Positions 8,641 to 17,868 of a DNA stretch of 64,000 nucleotides are shown in pieces. This DNA comes from an uncultured virus (IMG/VR IMGVR_UViG_3300020200_000018). Its lineage: Duplodnaviria; Heunggongvirae; Uroviricota; Caudoviricetes. Both the position numbers and the translations under genes were made by a program. The stretch lies in the IMG/VR virus record IMGVR_UViG_3300020200_000018. One strand, written 5' to 3'. Within the stretch, counting starts at the first letter, position 1; every line of letters starts with the position of its first letter. The notes beneath the pieces were generated by a model. The model saw only the letters and a list, made by a program, of their open reading frames with translations, made no database searches and was not told the origin of the DNA.

Positions 8641-9486
8641 TTAGAAATCTCCTATTCGTGGGATGAGGCTATTTAGTCTGTGGTGCATAAAATAACTGAG
8701 CAATCCCTGCCGGGTTTTTGGGCTTGCTATTTGTACCCGCCATTCATCGAGGATGGCATTTTGCACTTTAGAAGGAATCATTTTAAAATTTATTAATGAA
8801 TTATTCCGCGCATAATTCAGCACCAAATCAGCGGGAATCCCTACGGTATAGGTATCGAGTAAAGTTTTCGATAACGATTTTTGTTTTTTACCAGGAGTAA
8901 TAAATGTATCATCGTCTGAAAGGATGTTAGGAATACCATCACTTTTATCGCCCCGGAAAATATGTTCTGCTAGGGCTTTATCTAGATCAGCAGGAAACAT
9001 AACAAAATCTTTTAGCCGCGGAGAATATTGCCGAAAACCATTATACTGTGCCAACTGACCAAAGTCTTTATCACCAGATACACAAAGGACCGACTCACGG
9101 CCAAAGAATCCTTCCGTAGCGTTAGCAGTTAAGACAGCGATAATGTCATCAGCTTCCGCACCTTCTACTGTAAGGACCAAATATGGAGAATTCTGTTTAA
9201 ATTCTTCCCTCATGGTATTGATGTTGTAGTGGCAAGCATTTGAAAAAGTATTTGAAGTGGCCCGTTTAGCTGCCCTAGCAGCTTTATATGATGGAAATAA
9301 TTGTTTCCTCCAATAAGAGGCACTATCACAACATAAAATAGGATCACCATAGGTTTTAAAAAAGAGCTTGCGGTATTTACCGAGCGTAAGCCACACGCGG
9401 TGCCGCACACTGGTTATAGCATAATCCTCTTGGTGGCATACAGCCGTAGAAGCAATCGCTAATTGGCTAAAATCAATAAGGAGCAT
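8641..9486 (-). CDS. rnh: RNase H (T4-type 5'-3' exonuclease)
   Basis: LLIDFSQ, YWRK..FPSYKAAR, EADDIIAVL, SGDKDF, GDKSDGIPN. Confidence 0.93.
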   Translation of the reverse strand: MLLIDFSQLAIASTAVCHQEDYAITSVRHRVWLTLGKYRKLFFKTYGDPILCCDSASYWRKQLFPSYKAARAAKRATSNTFSNACHYNINTMREEFKQNSPYLVLTVEGAEADDIIAVLTANATEGFFGRESVLCVSGDKDFGQLAQYNGFRQYSPRLKDFVMFPADLDKALAEHIFRGDKSDGIPNILSDDDTFITPGKKQKSLSKTLLDTYTVGIPADLVLNYARNNSLINFKMIPSKVQNAILDEWRVQIASPKTRQGLLSYFMHHRLNSLIPRIGDF

Positions 9487-10643
9487 TATTTGGCCGCCAA
9501 GATAACTGTCGTGTTGTTTATCCGTCCATTCACAGCCAAGTCTTTTGTCGTTAGCGTTGAGGTGACTGCATGGAGAGAGCGAATGCCAACCCCACCGTCT
9601 AAACTAGCAAAAAAGTTTTTAGGATTTCGTAATTTTCGTTGGCACGATTCTTTAGCAAATCCCTTGATTGTCGTACCTTTAATCGTCATAACTTGGTTAT
9701 CCTGGGTATAATAAGTAGCAAGCATCCTAGTCTTGGTGTTATAGGTCCACACCTCCTCACATTCCAACAATTTTTTAGGATCAATAGACTTCAAACTAAG
9801 GTCTTTATGTTCAGGTAAGTATTTCAGGTGCTTGAGTGCCACTTGGGGATTTCGTTTCCGCGGTTTCCGCTGAGTTTTATTGGCTGCAAACCATTGGGTG
9901 GCACCATCGACAATATTTTGCATAAAGGCCGTATAATTTTCTAATTGCTTTTTAGAAAAGGTGCTATAGCCTTCCCGAAGGACTTTATCATGTTTTACTG
10001 CCTTTAATTCATCAAGGACCGGCTGGTATATACCCGCAATATGCTTTGCATAGACAGGTTTTATATTATGTTCTTGTAACCATGCCAGCATATCAAAGAC
10101 ATCTTTGCATCCACCTAAAATAAACGCATCGACCCTTCCATCTAAATCAGCGACATAAGTTTTGGCTTGTACTTCTACACGGTCCTGGATAGTCGGTGGT
10201 GGAATTGCTGTTGTTTCTTGGGCAGCTTTCTTTTGGGCTGCATTCCTTTCTTTAGCCATGTGGACTAACGCCGTTAACGTATCCAAAAACCATGTATTGG
10301 ATTTTTTATCAGGGGTATATCCTAAAAGGAGCATCCGGCACATTGCGGCTAAAGTTTGGTTGAATTCAGAATCTTTTATAGCGGTCAAATCAACCTTGTT
10401 GTCTTGGCCAATAGATTTAAAATACGCTAACAATGCTTTCCGCCTATCTTTCAAGTCCAAGGTAGCATTATAATAATTAAATGCCGAAAGAATTTTGTTA
10501 CGGTATTCTTCTGCTCCTAAGAGTTGGTCAGCGCTACTCCACGTAGGTTCTGCGCCATGAAACCCCGTATAAGCTACAGCCACCTTTTCGCGGTCCGCTG
10601 CTTTCTTCCTAAGGATGTCGCTATGTGTTTTTGCTTTGTGCAT
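9486..10643 (-). CDS. Conserved T4-like myovirus hypothetical protein
   Basis: C-terminal RKPRKR..LKY..WTYNTK..KGTTI..NGRIN pattern, upstream of rnh. Confidence 0.75.
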   Translation of the reverse strand: MHKAKTHSDILRKKAADREKVAVAYTGFHGAEPTWSSADQLLGAEEYRNKILSAFNYYNATLDLKDRRKALLAYFKSIGQDNKVDLTAIKDSEFNQTLAAMCRMLLLGYTPDKKSNTWFLDTLTALVHMAKERNAAQKKAAQETTAIPPPTIQDRVEVQAKTYVADLDGRVDAFILGGCKDVFDMLAWLQEHNIKPVYAKHIAGIYQPVLDELKAVKHDKVLREGYSTFSKKQLENYTAFMQNIVDGATQWFAANKTQRKPRKRNPQVALKHLKYLPEHKDLSLKSIDPKKLLECEEVWTYNTKTRMLATYYTQDNQVMTIKGTTIKGFAKESCQRKLRNPKNFFASLDGGVGIRSLHAVTSTLTTKDLAVNGRINNTTVILAAK

Positions 10644-11610
10644 AATGGCGGTTAACGATAGACTCCAATAAGTAGGTCCATTGCCGGGCCCGTCCAGTCC
10701 AATTATAAACTGAATCCATATACGCCTTTTGAATTTTTAGGCGCTCTTTAACAGATGAGGAATCAGTAAGGTAGGTATGAATTACGCCACCTAAGACGTT
10801 GACAAAACGGTTCGCGTGGATGTTAATATCTTCATCAAACTGGTACAGCGCAGCAAAATTTGCAGTCGTTTCTGGTAAAGCCGCATAATTCGGGCATACC
10901 ACTTCACATTCTGCGGACATAGCTTCAATAGCCGCAATGCACGATGTTTCAGGCCAGATAGATGGATAAGCAAAAATGTGGGCTTGTTGTAACGCAGCAC
11001 GGATTACATGGTTAGGCTGGAATCCATGGTATGTGATATGTGGGTGGCGCCGGCATAATTCAAAAAGTTCATGGTACTGTTTGTCACGTTCAGGCCAACC
11101 ATATATGCTGAAAGAAGAATACACATCCAAATGGACTGCGGATCCGTATTCTTTTGCTAAGACTTCAAAACAGGGTACAAGTATTTCAAGGCCGCGGTGG
11201 GGTGTTGTGTGGTAAATGAGTCTGATAGGACTTGCTGGCTTTTGGTGTAATGGTATTGGCTCGATGGCATTTTGGAGTACCACACCAGCGCCCAGAGGTA
11301 CTCCTAACCCTAAATTATAGGTATGCATCTGGTAATGTGAAACAAAAACCAGTTGTGCAAACTTAGCACGTTCGGCAGGATTAGCTAAATGGGCTGCTTC
11401 AGGATCGTTCCAAAGATCATGCAACCAAAGGATATTCGGCTTGACTGGATCAAGGTGCCGTACCCGGCTACAAATAATGTTGACCTTCTCTAGTAACGCG
11501 GCATCAACACGTTCTTTCAAACCTTGAAGCATCAGTTCCGTGCCGCCTTGCGCTCCACGGAACGTTCCATCTGTTTCAGGACCCGTAATGTTTAAGATAG
11601 TCTGCCCCAG
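10621..11610 (-). CDS. GT-B (GT4-like) glycosyltransferase
   Basis: GGTELM, WLHD, TPHRGLE, YPSIWPETSCIAAIEAM. The frame is open upstream of ATG 11532 to a CTG at 11610 preceded by GAGGTG. Confidence 0.85.
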   Translation of the reverse strand: MGQTILNITGPETDGTFRGAQGGTELMLQGLKERVDAALLEKVNIICSRVRHLDPVKPNILWLHDLWNDPEAAHLANPAERAKFAQLVFVSHYQMHTYNLGLGVPLGAGVVLQNAIEPIPLHQKPASPIRLIYHTTPHRGLEILVPCFEVLAKEYGSAVHLDVYSSFSIYGWPERDKQYHELFELCRRHPHITYHGFQPNHVIRAALQQAHIFAYPSIWPETSCIAAIEAMSAECEVVCPNYAALPETTANFAALYQFDEDINIHANRFVNVLGGVIHTYLTDSSSVKERLKIQKAYMDSVYNWTGRARQWTYLLESIVNRHYAQSKNT

Positions 11611-11653
11611 AATTCACCTCACTTGTAAAACCGCTTTATTGGTAATAGATTAT

Positions 11654-11682
11654 AATATACCAAATTTGGATCGCTCTGTCAA
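11654..11682 (-). promoter_or_regulatory. Sigma70-type promoter
   Basis: TTGACA-17-TATATT. Confidence 0.65.
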
Positions 11683-11685
11683 GGG

Positions 11686-12084
11686 CTACGCTTGGCGGGT
11701 AAAATAGTTGGTGTGCATGGATTCCGGCGAGAAATACTCAGTAATCGTGGCTTTCACACAGTCGGGATCAAATTCCTTACAAGAAAACACATCAATATAA
11801 AACGTATTGTCGTGTTCAACAAAATGGGCAGTAAAACTTGATGTGGTAATAAGCTGGACGGCAGAATAACCCCTAAGGTTTAAATTTGATGTATCAAAGA
11901 ATTGCACATGGCATGGACCCCAAGCGACCATACCAATACGTTCAATTAAATCAGCAACAAAAGCCCTGATAACGGATTCATTATGGATACCATTATTGGC
12001 ACCTTTCCCATCTACCGTCATGTGGTAACCCCATTGTTCCTGGCACTCTCCCATTGCTATTGTCTTTCTCCTTTTTACCCCCAA
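11686..12084 (-). CDS. speD: S-adenosylmethionine decarboxylase proenzyme (phage type)
   Basis: WGYH..VD, GYSAVQLITTS..TAHF, YIDVFSCKEFD. True start probably slightly downstream. Confidence 0.8.
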   Translation of the reverse strand: MGVKRRKTIAMGECQEQWGYHMTVDGKGANNGIHNESVIRAFVADLIERIGMVAWGPCHVQFFDTSNLNLRGYSAVQLITTSSFTAHFVEHDNTFYIDVFSCKEFDPDCVKATITEYFSPESMHTNYFTRQA

Positions 12085-12097
12085 CGTATTCCGTTAT

Positions 12098-13099
12098 TTA
12101 TTCGGGAATACTTAAAAACGCAGCTTGGTTATTAGTATCGTAACACCATCCTGTCCATACCTCAAAGAAACTTTTTACAAGTGCATCAGAAAATGGATAA
12201 GCTGCGTAAATACACTCTCTTAAATTATTTAGCGTTGTTTGGTGGCAAACGTGATCATATTCTGCACGGCCCAAGCAAATAAGTGGTTTGCGGTGTAAAA
12301 GAGCTTCGAATCCGGTACCAGAATTCACCGTAACCACACATTTAGCTAAACGCAAACAATCTTGAATGTTCACCGCTTCGATCCATATGGCGCCAGAAAA
12401 TTGTGCGGTAATCTGCTTGAGGGGCTCCATCGATCCCGGATTTACTGGATGCCCCTTCACAACAACGGGAATACCAAGACTATGGCCGGCTTCAAGCGTT
12501 TTCGTAAGGGCATCAGCTACCGATACCGTTGAGTGGAACCGGATAGTCTCATCATGCGGTAATTGGCACGGGTAAAATATAAATGGATCTTTTGGTAACA
12601 AAGAGAGGTTGGTCCCAAGTGGTGGTTGGTCAAATTTACTATCTCCGCGCAAAATCCATTGCTGTAATTGTTCAAAAGCCATTCCTGCACCTTCGGCTGG
12701 TACTACAGCAAAGGGATACGCCGATGAACCAGCTCCCCATCCTTGGGTGTCACAACTAAACAACCACGGAAATTGGGTTTGGGCATAATAATACGCTTCG
12801 GTGTGGGTTAACGGAAATTCGTGGGCTTCTTTATGTGGCACATAAACACGGTCCCACCCTTGCAAGCCATCCGTTTTAGCGGTAGCACACAAACTATCGA
12901 CTTCATTTGCATTAAATTGCCAGAGGGGGCGTTCCCAGACTCGTATGTTATCGCCACGGCGTTGGTGTTCTTGTGCTAGACGGTGGATAAATGCACCCCA
13001 GGGTTTTCTAATTGGCGCAATGGGCCCTATTACACTAGGCACAATGCCATACTTGAACATACAATCAAGCCGTGGGGCAAGGATAAGGATATTTTTCAT
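12098..13099 (-). CDS. Capsule polysaccharide synthesis (KpsS/KpsC-like) glycosyltransferase
   Basis: PCQLPHDETI, VVKGHP, VTVNSGTGFEALL..KP motifs. Confidence 0.75.
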   Translation of the reverse strand: MKNILILAPRLDCMFKYGIVPSVIGPIAPIRKPWGAFIHRLAQEHQRRGDNIRVWERPLWQFNANEVDSLCATAKTDGLQGWDRVYVPHKEAHEFPLTHTEAYYYAQTQFPWLFSCDTQGWGAGSSAYPFAVVPAEGAGMAFEQLQQWILRGDSKFDQPPLGTNLSLLPKDPFIFYPCQLPHDETIRFHSTVSVADALTKTLEAGHSLGIPVVVKGHPVNPGSMEPLKQITAQFSGAIWIEAVNIQDCLRLAKCVVTVNSGTGFEALLHRKPLICLGRAEYDHVCHQTTLNNLRECIYAAYPFSDALVKSFFEVWTGWCYDTNNQAAFLSIPE

Positions 13100-13929
13100 A
13101 CCGTAGCAGCCCTATAAAGGTTATCGAATTCTTGCTTTTTTGCCAAATACTTAGTATTAGAATATTTTCTGTCACCTTTGCCAGTCCAAATAGCAGATCC
13201 TTCATTGAAGTCCCAATCAAGGTCAACATTTGTAAAATGATGTATATGATGAAGGGTGGGGCATGTATGCCCTCTGAGCTGCCACCAACGGGCTGCGGCG
13301 CATAATGCTACCTGATCCATAAACCACCGTTGTGGGCCACGCTCCATGGAAATAGTTGCATATTGTAAAAAATCAAAACCTTCCGGTGCGACATAAACCA
13401 ATCCAGCCGCCACTTTAGTTCCTTCATTCTCCCATCCTACTGTACCTGGCAACGGATCCCTGAAAAACAATCCAACGGGAAGGGTTGGTTGCGTAATACG
13501 TTGGCAAATTATACTATCGACATCAAGGATAAACATTGGACGTTGGCGTTCTTTTAATAATGCCAATGCTGCATAAAACCTAGCGCAGGAATAGTATAAC
13601 CGCGCTTCTCCCCTAGTGTAACTCAACTGTTCAACTGTAGTTCCTAAGGAATGGCGGCCCGCAGGATGGGGCTGTTTCTTCATCAAGTTAGTACTGGTAG
13701 CCACTAATTCGTGTATAAACCCATAGTCTTCCGTAGTTATTGAATTGGGGAAAATGATATGGAGGTGTACCGTATATCCACTCTGCATCGCTGACGTAAC
13801 AAATGCAGGGCCATGGATCCTCGCATATCCAATATCACACGCAGCAAAAATAATTGGGCTATTGGCCGATAAAGTCATAGGCACCATAGGGTTCATACTC
13901 GCGGCCACATTGGGGTCCTTGAAACACAC
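13096..13929 (-). CDS. Putative GT-A glycosyltransferase
   Basis: YYSCARF, ILDVDS (DxD), WFMDQ, IWTGKG. True start probably near 13897. Confidence 0.55.
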   Translation of the reverse strand: MCFKDPNVAASMNPMVPMTLSANSPIIFAACDIGYARIHGPAFVTSAMQSGYTVHLHIIFPNSITTEDYGFIHELVATSTNLMKKQPHPAGRHSLGTTVEQLSYTRGEARLYYSCARFYAALALLKERQRPMFILDVDSIICQRITQPTLPVGLFFRDPLPGTVGWENEGTKVAAGLVYVAPEGFDFLQYATISMERGPQRWFMDQVALCAAARWWQLRGHTCPTLHHIHHFTNVDLDWDFNEGSAIWTGKGDRKYSNTKYLAKKQEFDNLYRAATV

Positions 13930-14647
13930 CTGCTGCTTCTGATTCTTTCGCTAACTTATCATGTAAGTACCAAAAATCAACGAGGTCCGGCCTCCGGTGT
14001 TGTCCAGGCGATCCACGGTACCAAAGCGGCTTCCATGGTTGGGTTGCCATATTAGTATAATGTAATTGGTACATTTCTTCAGTAGCTAAATCACCAGAAG
14101 CACCTTCACCGTCAAGCACATTCCACCGTGCATCCATAGTTTGGACAACCGATGAATCCCCAGATAACATGCCGATCATCCTATTATGCATTTCTGGTAT
14201 AGCACGGAGGCGTTCAAATGGGGGTAAAATATACTCAGCGGCCGAGCAATCAATCATCATCACACAAAATTCATGCCCTCCGAACCTATGGCCTGTCCTG
14301 GCCATAAATGGTTTCCCGTCCATAGGGGTATTCCAAAGGGCTGCAATATCACGCAGGTTAATCATATCTACATCAGTATAGATGGCCCTTCCTTTAAAGC
14401 CACATACAGCAGGAATGCCCCATCGGAATCCAGAGAATGGTGTTGGCCAAAGCTGCGTTTCCCATCCCGCCCACGGTGAGGACATATCATGCGTCTGCCG
14501 CATCCAATTAACTTCAAGGTGCAATCCATCTACTTGGAATCCAACTGCGCGGTTTGTAATAAGGGTATGGAGGTAAATGCGCTCCATATCAGTATCCTCA
14601 CCATTAGCTGAGGAACCAATAAAAATTCTAATCGTGTTATTTTCCAT
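13859..14647 (-). CDS. GT8-like glycosyltransferase
   Basis: IRIFIG, TPFSGFRWGIP, GRAIYTDVDM, WNVLD, LHYT..QPW. Confidence 0.75.
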   Translation of the reverse strand: MENNTIRIFIGSSANGEDTDMERIYLHTLITNRAVGFQVDGLHLEVNWMRQTHDMSSPWAGWETQLWPTPFSGFRWGIPAVCGFKGRAIYTDVDMINLRDIAALWNTPMDGKPFMARTGHRFGGHEFCVMMIDCSAAEYILPPFERLRAIPEMHNRMIGMLSGDSSVVQTMDARWNVLDGEGASGDLATEEMYQLHYTNMATQPWKPLWYRGSPGQHRRPDLVDFWYLHDKLAKESEAAGVFQGPQCGREYEPYGAYDFIGQ

Positions 14648-15182
14648 AGGAATATCTCTCAAAAAACATCCCATTCATTTTCATAAATCCTTTAGCCATT
14701 GTACTCACTCCTTTGATGGCCACTGTAGTTGCTTCGTCATACCTCCATCCATGGGCAGCCAACACACCTTTCCAATACTCTTGTGTGCGGCAGTTGACAT
14801 GATGGTGGCCAGCCCAACCAGGAGGAGCAGCAGTAATGACAGCCCAGTTAGCCGTTTCAAAAGCCGCAAACACATTAGGAAGATATTGTTCTTCTACATG
14901 CTCTAAAAATTCTACACACCAAATAAGGTCTGCTTGGTAGTGGAATGGCCCTTGTGTAAAATCATGGATAAATACAGTCTCCGTATGGTTAATAGAAAAA
15001 TCTCCATCTACACCAACCGCGCTTTTCTTACAGGTCCTAAAATAGTGGAGCATGCCACCAGGACCACATCCTATATCAAGAACCATCGAAAACGGAATAT
15101 GAGCCACTAACCAATCAGCAACACCCGTGTCTATATTTGTGCGGTTAAGGTGCCCGCCGAGGTGATTGGGCAATTCGTTCAT
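14637..15182 (-). CDS. Class I SAM-dependent methyltransferase
   Basis: VLDIGCGPG, CVEFLEHV, GHHHVNC. Confidence 0.85.
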   Translation of the reverse strand: MNELPNHLGGHLNRTNIDTGVADWLVAHIPFSMVLDIGCGPGGMLHYFRTCKKSAVGVDGDFSINHTETVFIHDFTQGPFHYQADLIWCVEFLEHVEEQYLPNVFAAFETANWAVITAAPPGWAGHHHVNCRTQEYWKGVLAAHGWRYDEATTVAIKGVSTMAKGFMKMNGMFFERYSYGK

Positions 15183-15200
15183 GGTGGAAGTATAATAGAT

Positions 15201-15644
15201 TTATGCTGTATTGGCAAGCTGACGTTGCCCAATAATATGGGCCGGCGGACGGCGCCATTTTCCGATAGCATCATTAAGGTAATCGTCTTTTTCGAGAACA
15301 TTAAGCCGGAATTGTAAAGAGACTTCAGCATAATTCGTATCACCCCGTGTAGCATGGACAGAAATAATTTCAAATGTAAACTGGTCTAAACCAAGGTGTC
15401 CTATTTCTTCTTGTAAAAGACTAGACGATGACATATAAGACTGCCAATCAGACTGGGACCTGACACGCCGCCCTTTACCTTTTTTCTTCCGGATTTGCCA
15501 AAAATATTTACGGCCCACATATTGCTTACCTGTAGATTTATTAGTGATAAGGTAAACAAATCCTTCTGCTTTGCCAACATGTTCGGGCAGAAACAGTTGC
15601 CCGCGGAATGTCCAAGGCACAACCGCCTTAGCCACTAACGCCAT
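15201..15644 (-). CDS. GIY-YIG family endonuclease
   Basis: GFVYLITN...YVGRK, DWQSYMSSS. Confidence 0.8.
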   Translation of the reverse strand: MALVAKAVVPWTFRGQLFLPEHVGKAEGFVYLITNKSTGKQYVGRKYFWQIRKKKGKGRRVRSQSDWQSYMSSSSLLQEEIGHLGLDQFTFEIISVHATRGDTNYAEVSLQFRLNVLEKDDYLNDAIGKWRRPPAHIIGQRQLANTA

Positions 15645-15664
15645 ACTCAGTGCCTGCTCGGTTC

Positions 15665-15877
15665 CTACTCAATTCCGCCATTTAGTTCAATCAAATCCGG
15701 CCCAGATTCGTCAATGTTCTGCCCATCAAGGAATTCCCCACAAAACGGGCAGAAGGACGACGGATCATCACTATTAAATGCAACCACGTATTCCATTCCG
15801 CAATGTTCACATATGGGTTCTTCTATAGTGTCAAACCTTTCTGCAAGGACATTAATATATTCTTCTTCATGCGCCAT
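15665..15877 (-). CDS. Small acidic Zn-ribbon protein
   Basis: CEHCG ... FCPFCG. GGAGG SD before ATG 15877. Confidence 0.65.
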   Translation of the reverse strand: MAHEEEYINVLAERFDTIEEPICEHCGMEYVVAFNSDDPSSFCPFCGEFLDGQNIDESGPDLIELNGGIE

Positions 15878-15922
15878 TGGGTCCTCCCTTATCAAAATAT
15901 GTAGCTAACATGGGAATTTCCT

Positions 15923-17842
15923 TTACACTTCACAATTACCACTGCTACACGCTAAAATTTGAGACCCCGTGGTCATATCACTTTTCTCTACATCTGCCAA
16001 CTGATTCCAATTGGCATCTTTTGGCATTTTGGCCAAGAAAGCCTTATATTCAGCTTCCGTACATTCCTGATAAGGTGCTTGCCGGTAACTATGTTCACTG
16101 TGGGGTAAGAAGGATACGCCGGACATTTTATCAAAATGCCGGTAAACCCAAGCTCCCACATCCATCCATTCATGTTCTTTAACAGTGATTGTAACAGATG
16201 GCTTATGTTCACACCAATAGTCTTGAAACTGTTCCCAATATTCTAACTGTTGGACCGCTGTAAGATGTTCCCGGATAACAGCATCCTTTGGCGCTTGGAT
16301 TGGAAATGAAAAAATGCCGACGTGTGATGGCTTCGTAAGGTCCTCCTCGTGTGGAAATCCTTGGGCCACCATAATGTTATAAAGGGGATCTTTTTTGTCC
16401 ATCCGTACACTACGGATATAATATCCACTATACCGCGGGTGGATCCCACTCGATGCATCGACCAACTGGCTTACCGTTCCGCTTGGCTTATTGCACGTAA
16501 TGGCTACACTAGGTGAAATTTTCAGTTTTTTAGCCCATTCTTTATTTGTTTCGATAGCCACTTCTTTAAGGTCTGCGAGGCGCTTAGCCGTCGCCGTATC
16601 TATGCCATTAAGGAGCGGGCAATCCATCGTGCCCGTAAGCGAAACACCCAAGAGGCGCTCCTCCTCACAATTTTGTTTCCATTTTGGTGTCACATATTTG
16701 AAGTTTATTAACGTGGACTGCCATGTACCGAGGATCGAGGCCCAACGGACTTTTTTCCGCAATTTATCCATCGTATCAGTTGTCCTTGCTACAGCTTCCG
16801 TGAGGTTGCAAAATTCCCTATCACGTAAAATAATTTCAGAACAGGGATTGATTCCAAATTCATATTCTGGATTTCTCCGGCCTGCTTTCGTGATTTGCTG
16901 GATCGTAGCCGCACGGTTAAATATCCCACGCTCTCCAGACTTGCTTTCGTACAGCGCCTTCCACTCATTCATAAAAATATCCATGCCTGGTTTGACTTGG
17001 TAACATGCTGAATTATTAGCTAAAGCACGTTCGGGATGTTCAATCCACCATTGCCCAGCTTTCGCATGGCGTAAATGGTCATCAAACACATTCGAAAGGG
17101 AAAGGAGCGCAGCGCGGCGGACTCCGCCCACGAGGACTACTTCACCAGTCTTACATGCTAAGTCATGGACTTCAATGGGCATTAATTTTCTTCCTGCTGC
17201 ACCTTTGAATATAGCTTCTGCAAACTTAAACAATTCATTAAGCGGTTCTGGTCCAGACGCACGGCCTCCAAAGGTCTTGAGGGCAGCACCAGCTGGCCGG
17301 AGTTTACTCAAATCCCACTTTGGAATGAGTCCTTGGTACAGCAAGCCAATGAGTTCTTTATATCCTTTTGCCCAACCTAATTTAGAATCTGCGACTTGGA
17401 TAGTCGTATCAGTTGAATGGAATTCCTCAGCAATGGTGGGCATCTGGACGACAAAATCACGTTCAACCGAAAATCCACAACCAGTTCCATTCATCAAAAC
17501 ATAAAGGAGTTCGTCAAATGCTTGGGGACGGTTAAATGCCATATAGGCGCAGTTATATCCAGCAATATTTTCCCGGTGTAACGCTTCTCCAGCAGTCATC
17601 AAACACCGCATAGACGGCATAACCTTTAACCCGAGGACAGCATTGTAAAGTTCTTCACGGTCATCGGCTTCTAGTTTATATTTGCACATTTCACCGAGGT
17701 GTTCCTCAAAAAATGTAAAATACCGCGTAACAGTTTCTGGCCACGTTTCGCGGCGTCCCTGTTCCCAAAGGAATCGGCTATACCGTGAAAGGTAAATGAA
17801 ATGTTGGTAAGAGGTCGGAAAACTAAATGCAGGAGTTGGCAT
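15923..17842 (-). CDS. nrdJ: Class II (adenosylcobalamin-dependent) ribonucleotide reductase
   Basis: MPSMR, GYNC, TFGGRASGP, VGGVRR, NPCSEI, KPSGTVSQL, C-terminal CSSGNC. No beta subunit adjacent. Confidence 0.92.
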   Translation of the reverse strand: MPTPAFSFPTSYQHFIYLSRYSRFLWEQGRRETWPETVTRYFTFFEEHLGEMCKYKLEADDREELYNAVLGLKVMPSMRCLMTAGEALHRENIAGYNCAYMAFNRPQAFDELLYVLMNGTGCGFSVERDFVVQMPTIAEEFHSTDTTIQVADSKLGWAKGYKELIGLLYQGLIPKWDLSKLRPAGAALKTFGGRASGPEPLNELFKFAEAIFKGAAGRKLMPIEVHDLACKTGEVVLVGGVRRAALLSLSNVFDDHLRHAKAGQWWIEHPERALANNSACYQVKPGMDIFMNEWKALYESKSGERGIFNRAATIQQITKAGRRNPEYEFGINPCSEIILRDREFCNLTEAVARTTDTMDKLRKKVRWASILGTWQSTLINFKYVTPKWKQNCEEERLLGVSLTGTMDCPLLNGIDTATAKRLADLKEVAIETNKEWAKKLKISPSVAITCNKPSGTVSQLVDASSGIHPRYSGYYIRSVRMDKKDPLYNIMVAQGFPHEEDLTKPSHVGIFSFPIQAPKDAVIREHLTAVQQLEYWEQFQDYWCEHKPSVTITVKEHEWMDVGAWVYRHFDKMSGVSFLPHSEHSYRQAPYQECTEAEYKAFLAKMPKDANWNQLADVEKSDMTTGSQILACSSGNCEV

Positions 17843-17868
17843 AGTAGTCCTTAAAGGATAGCTTGATG

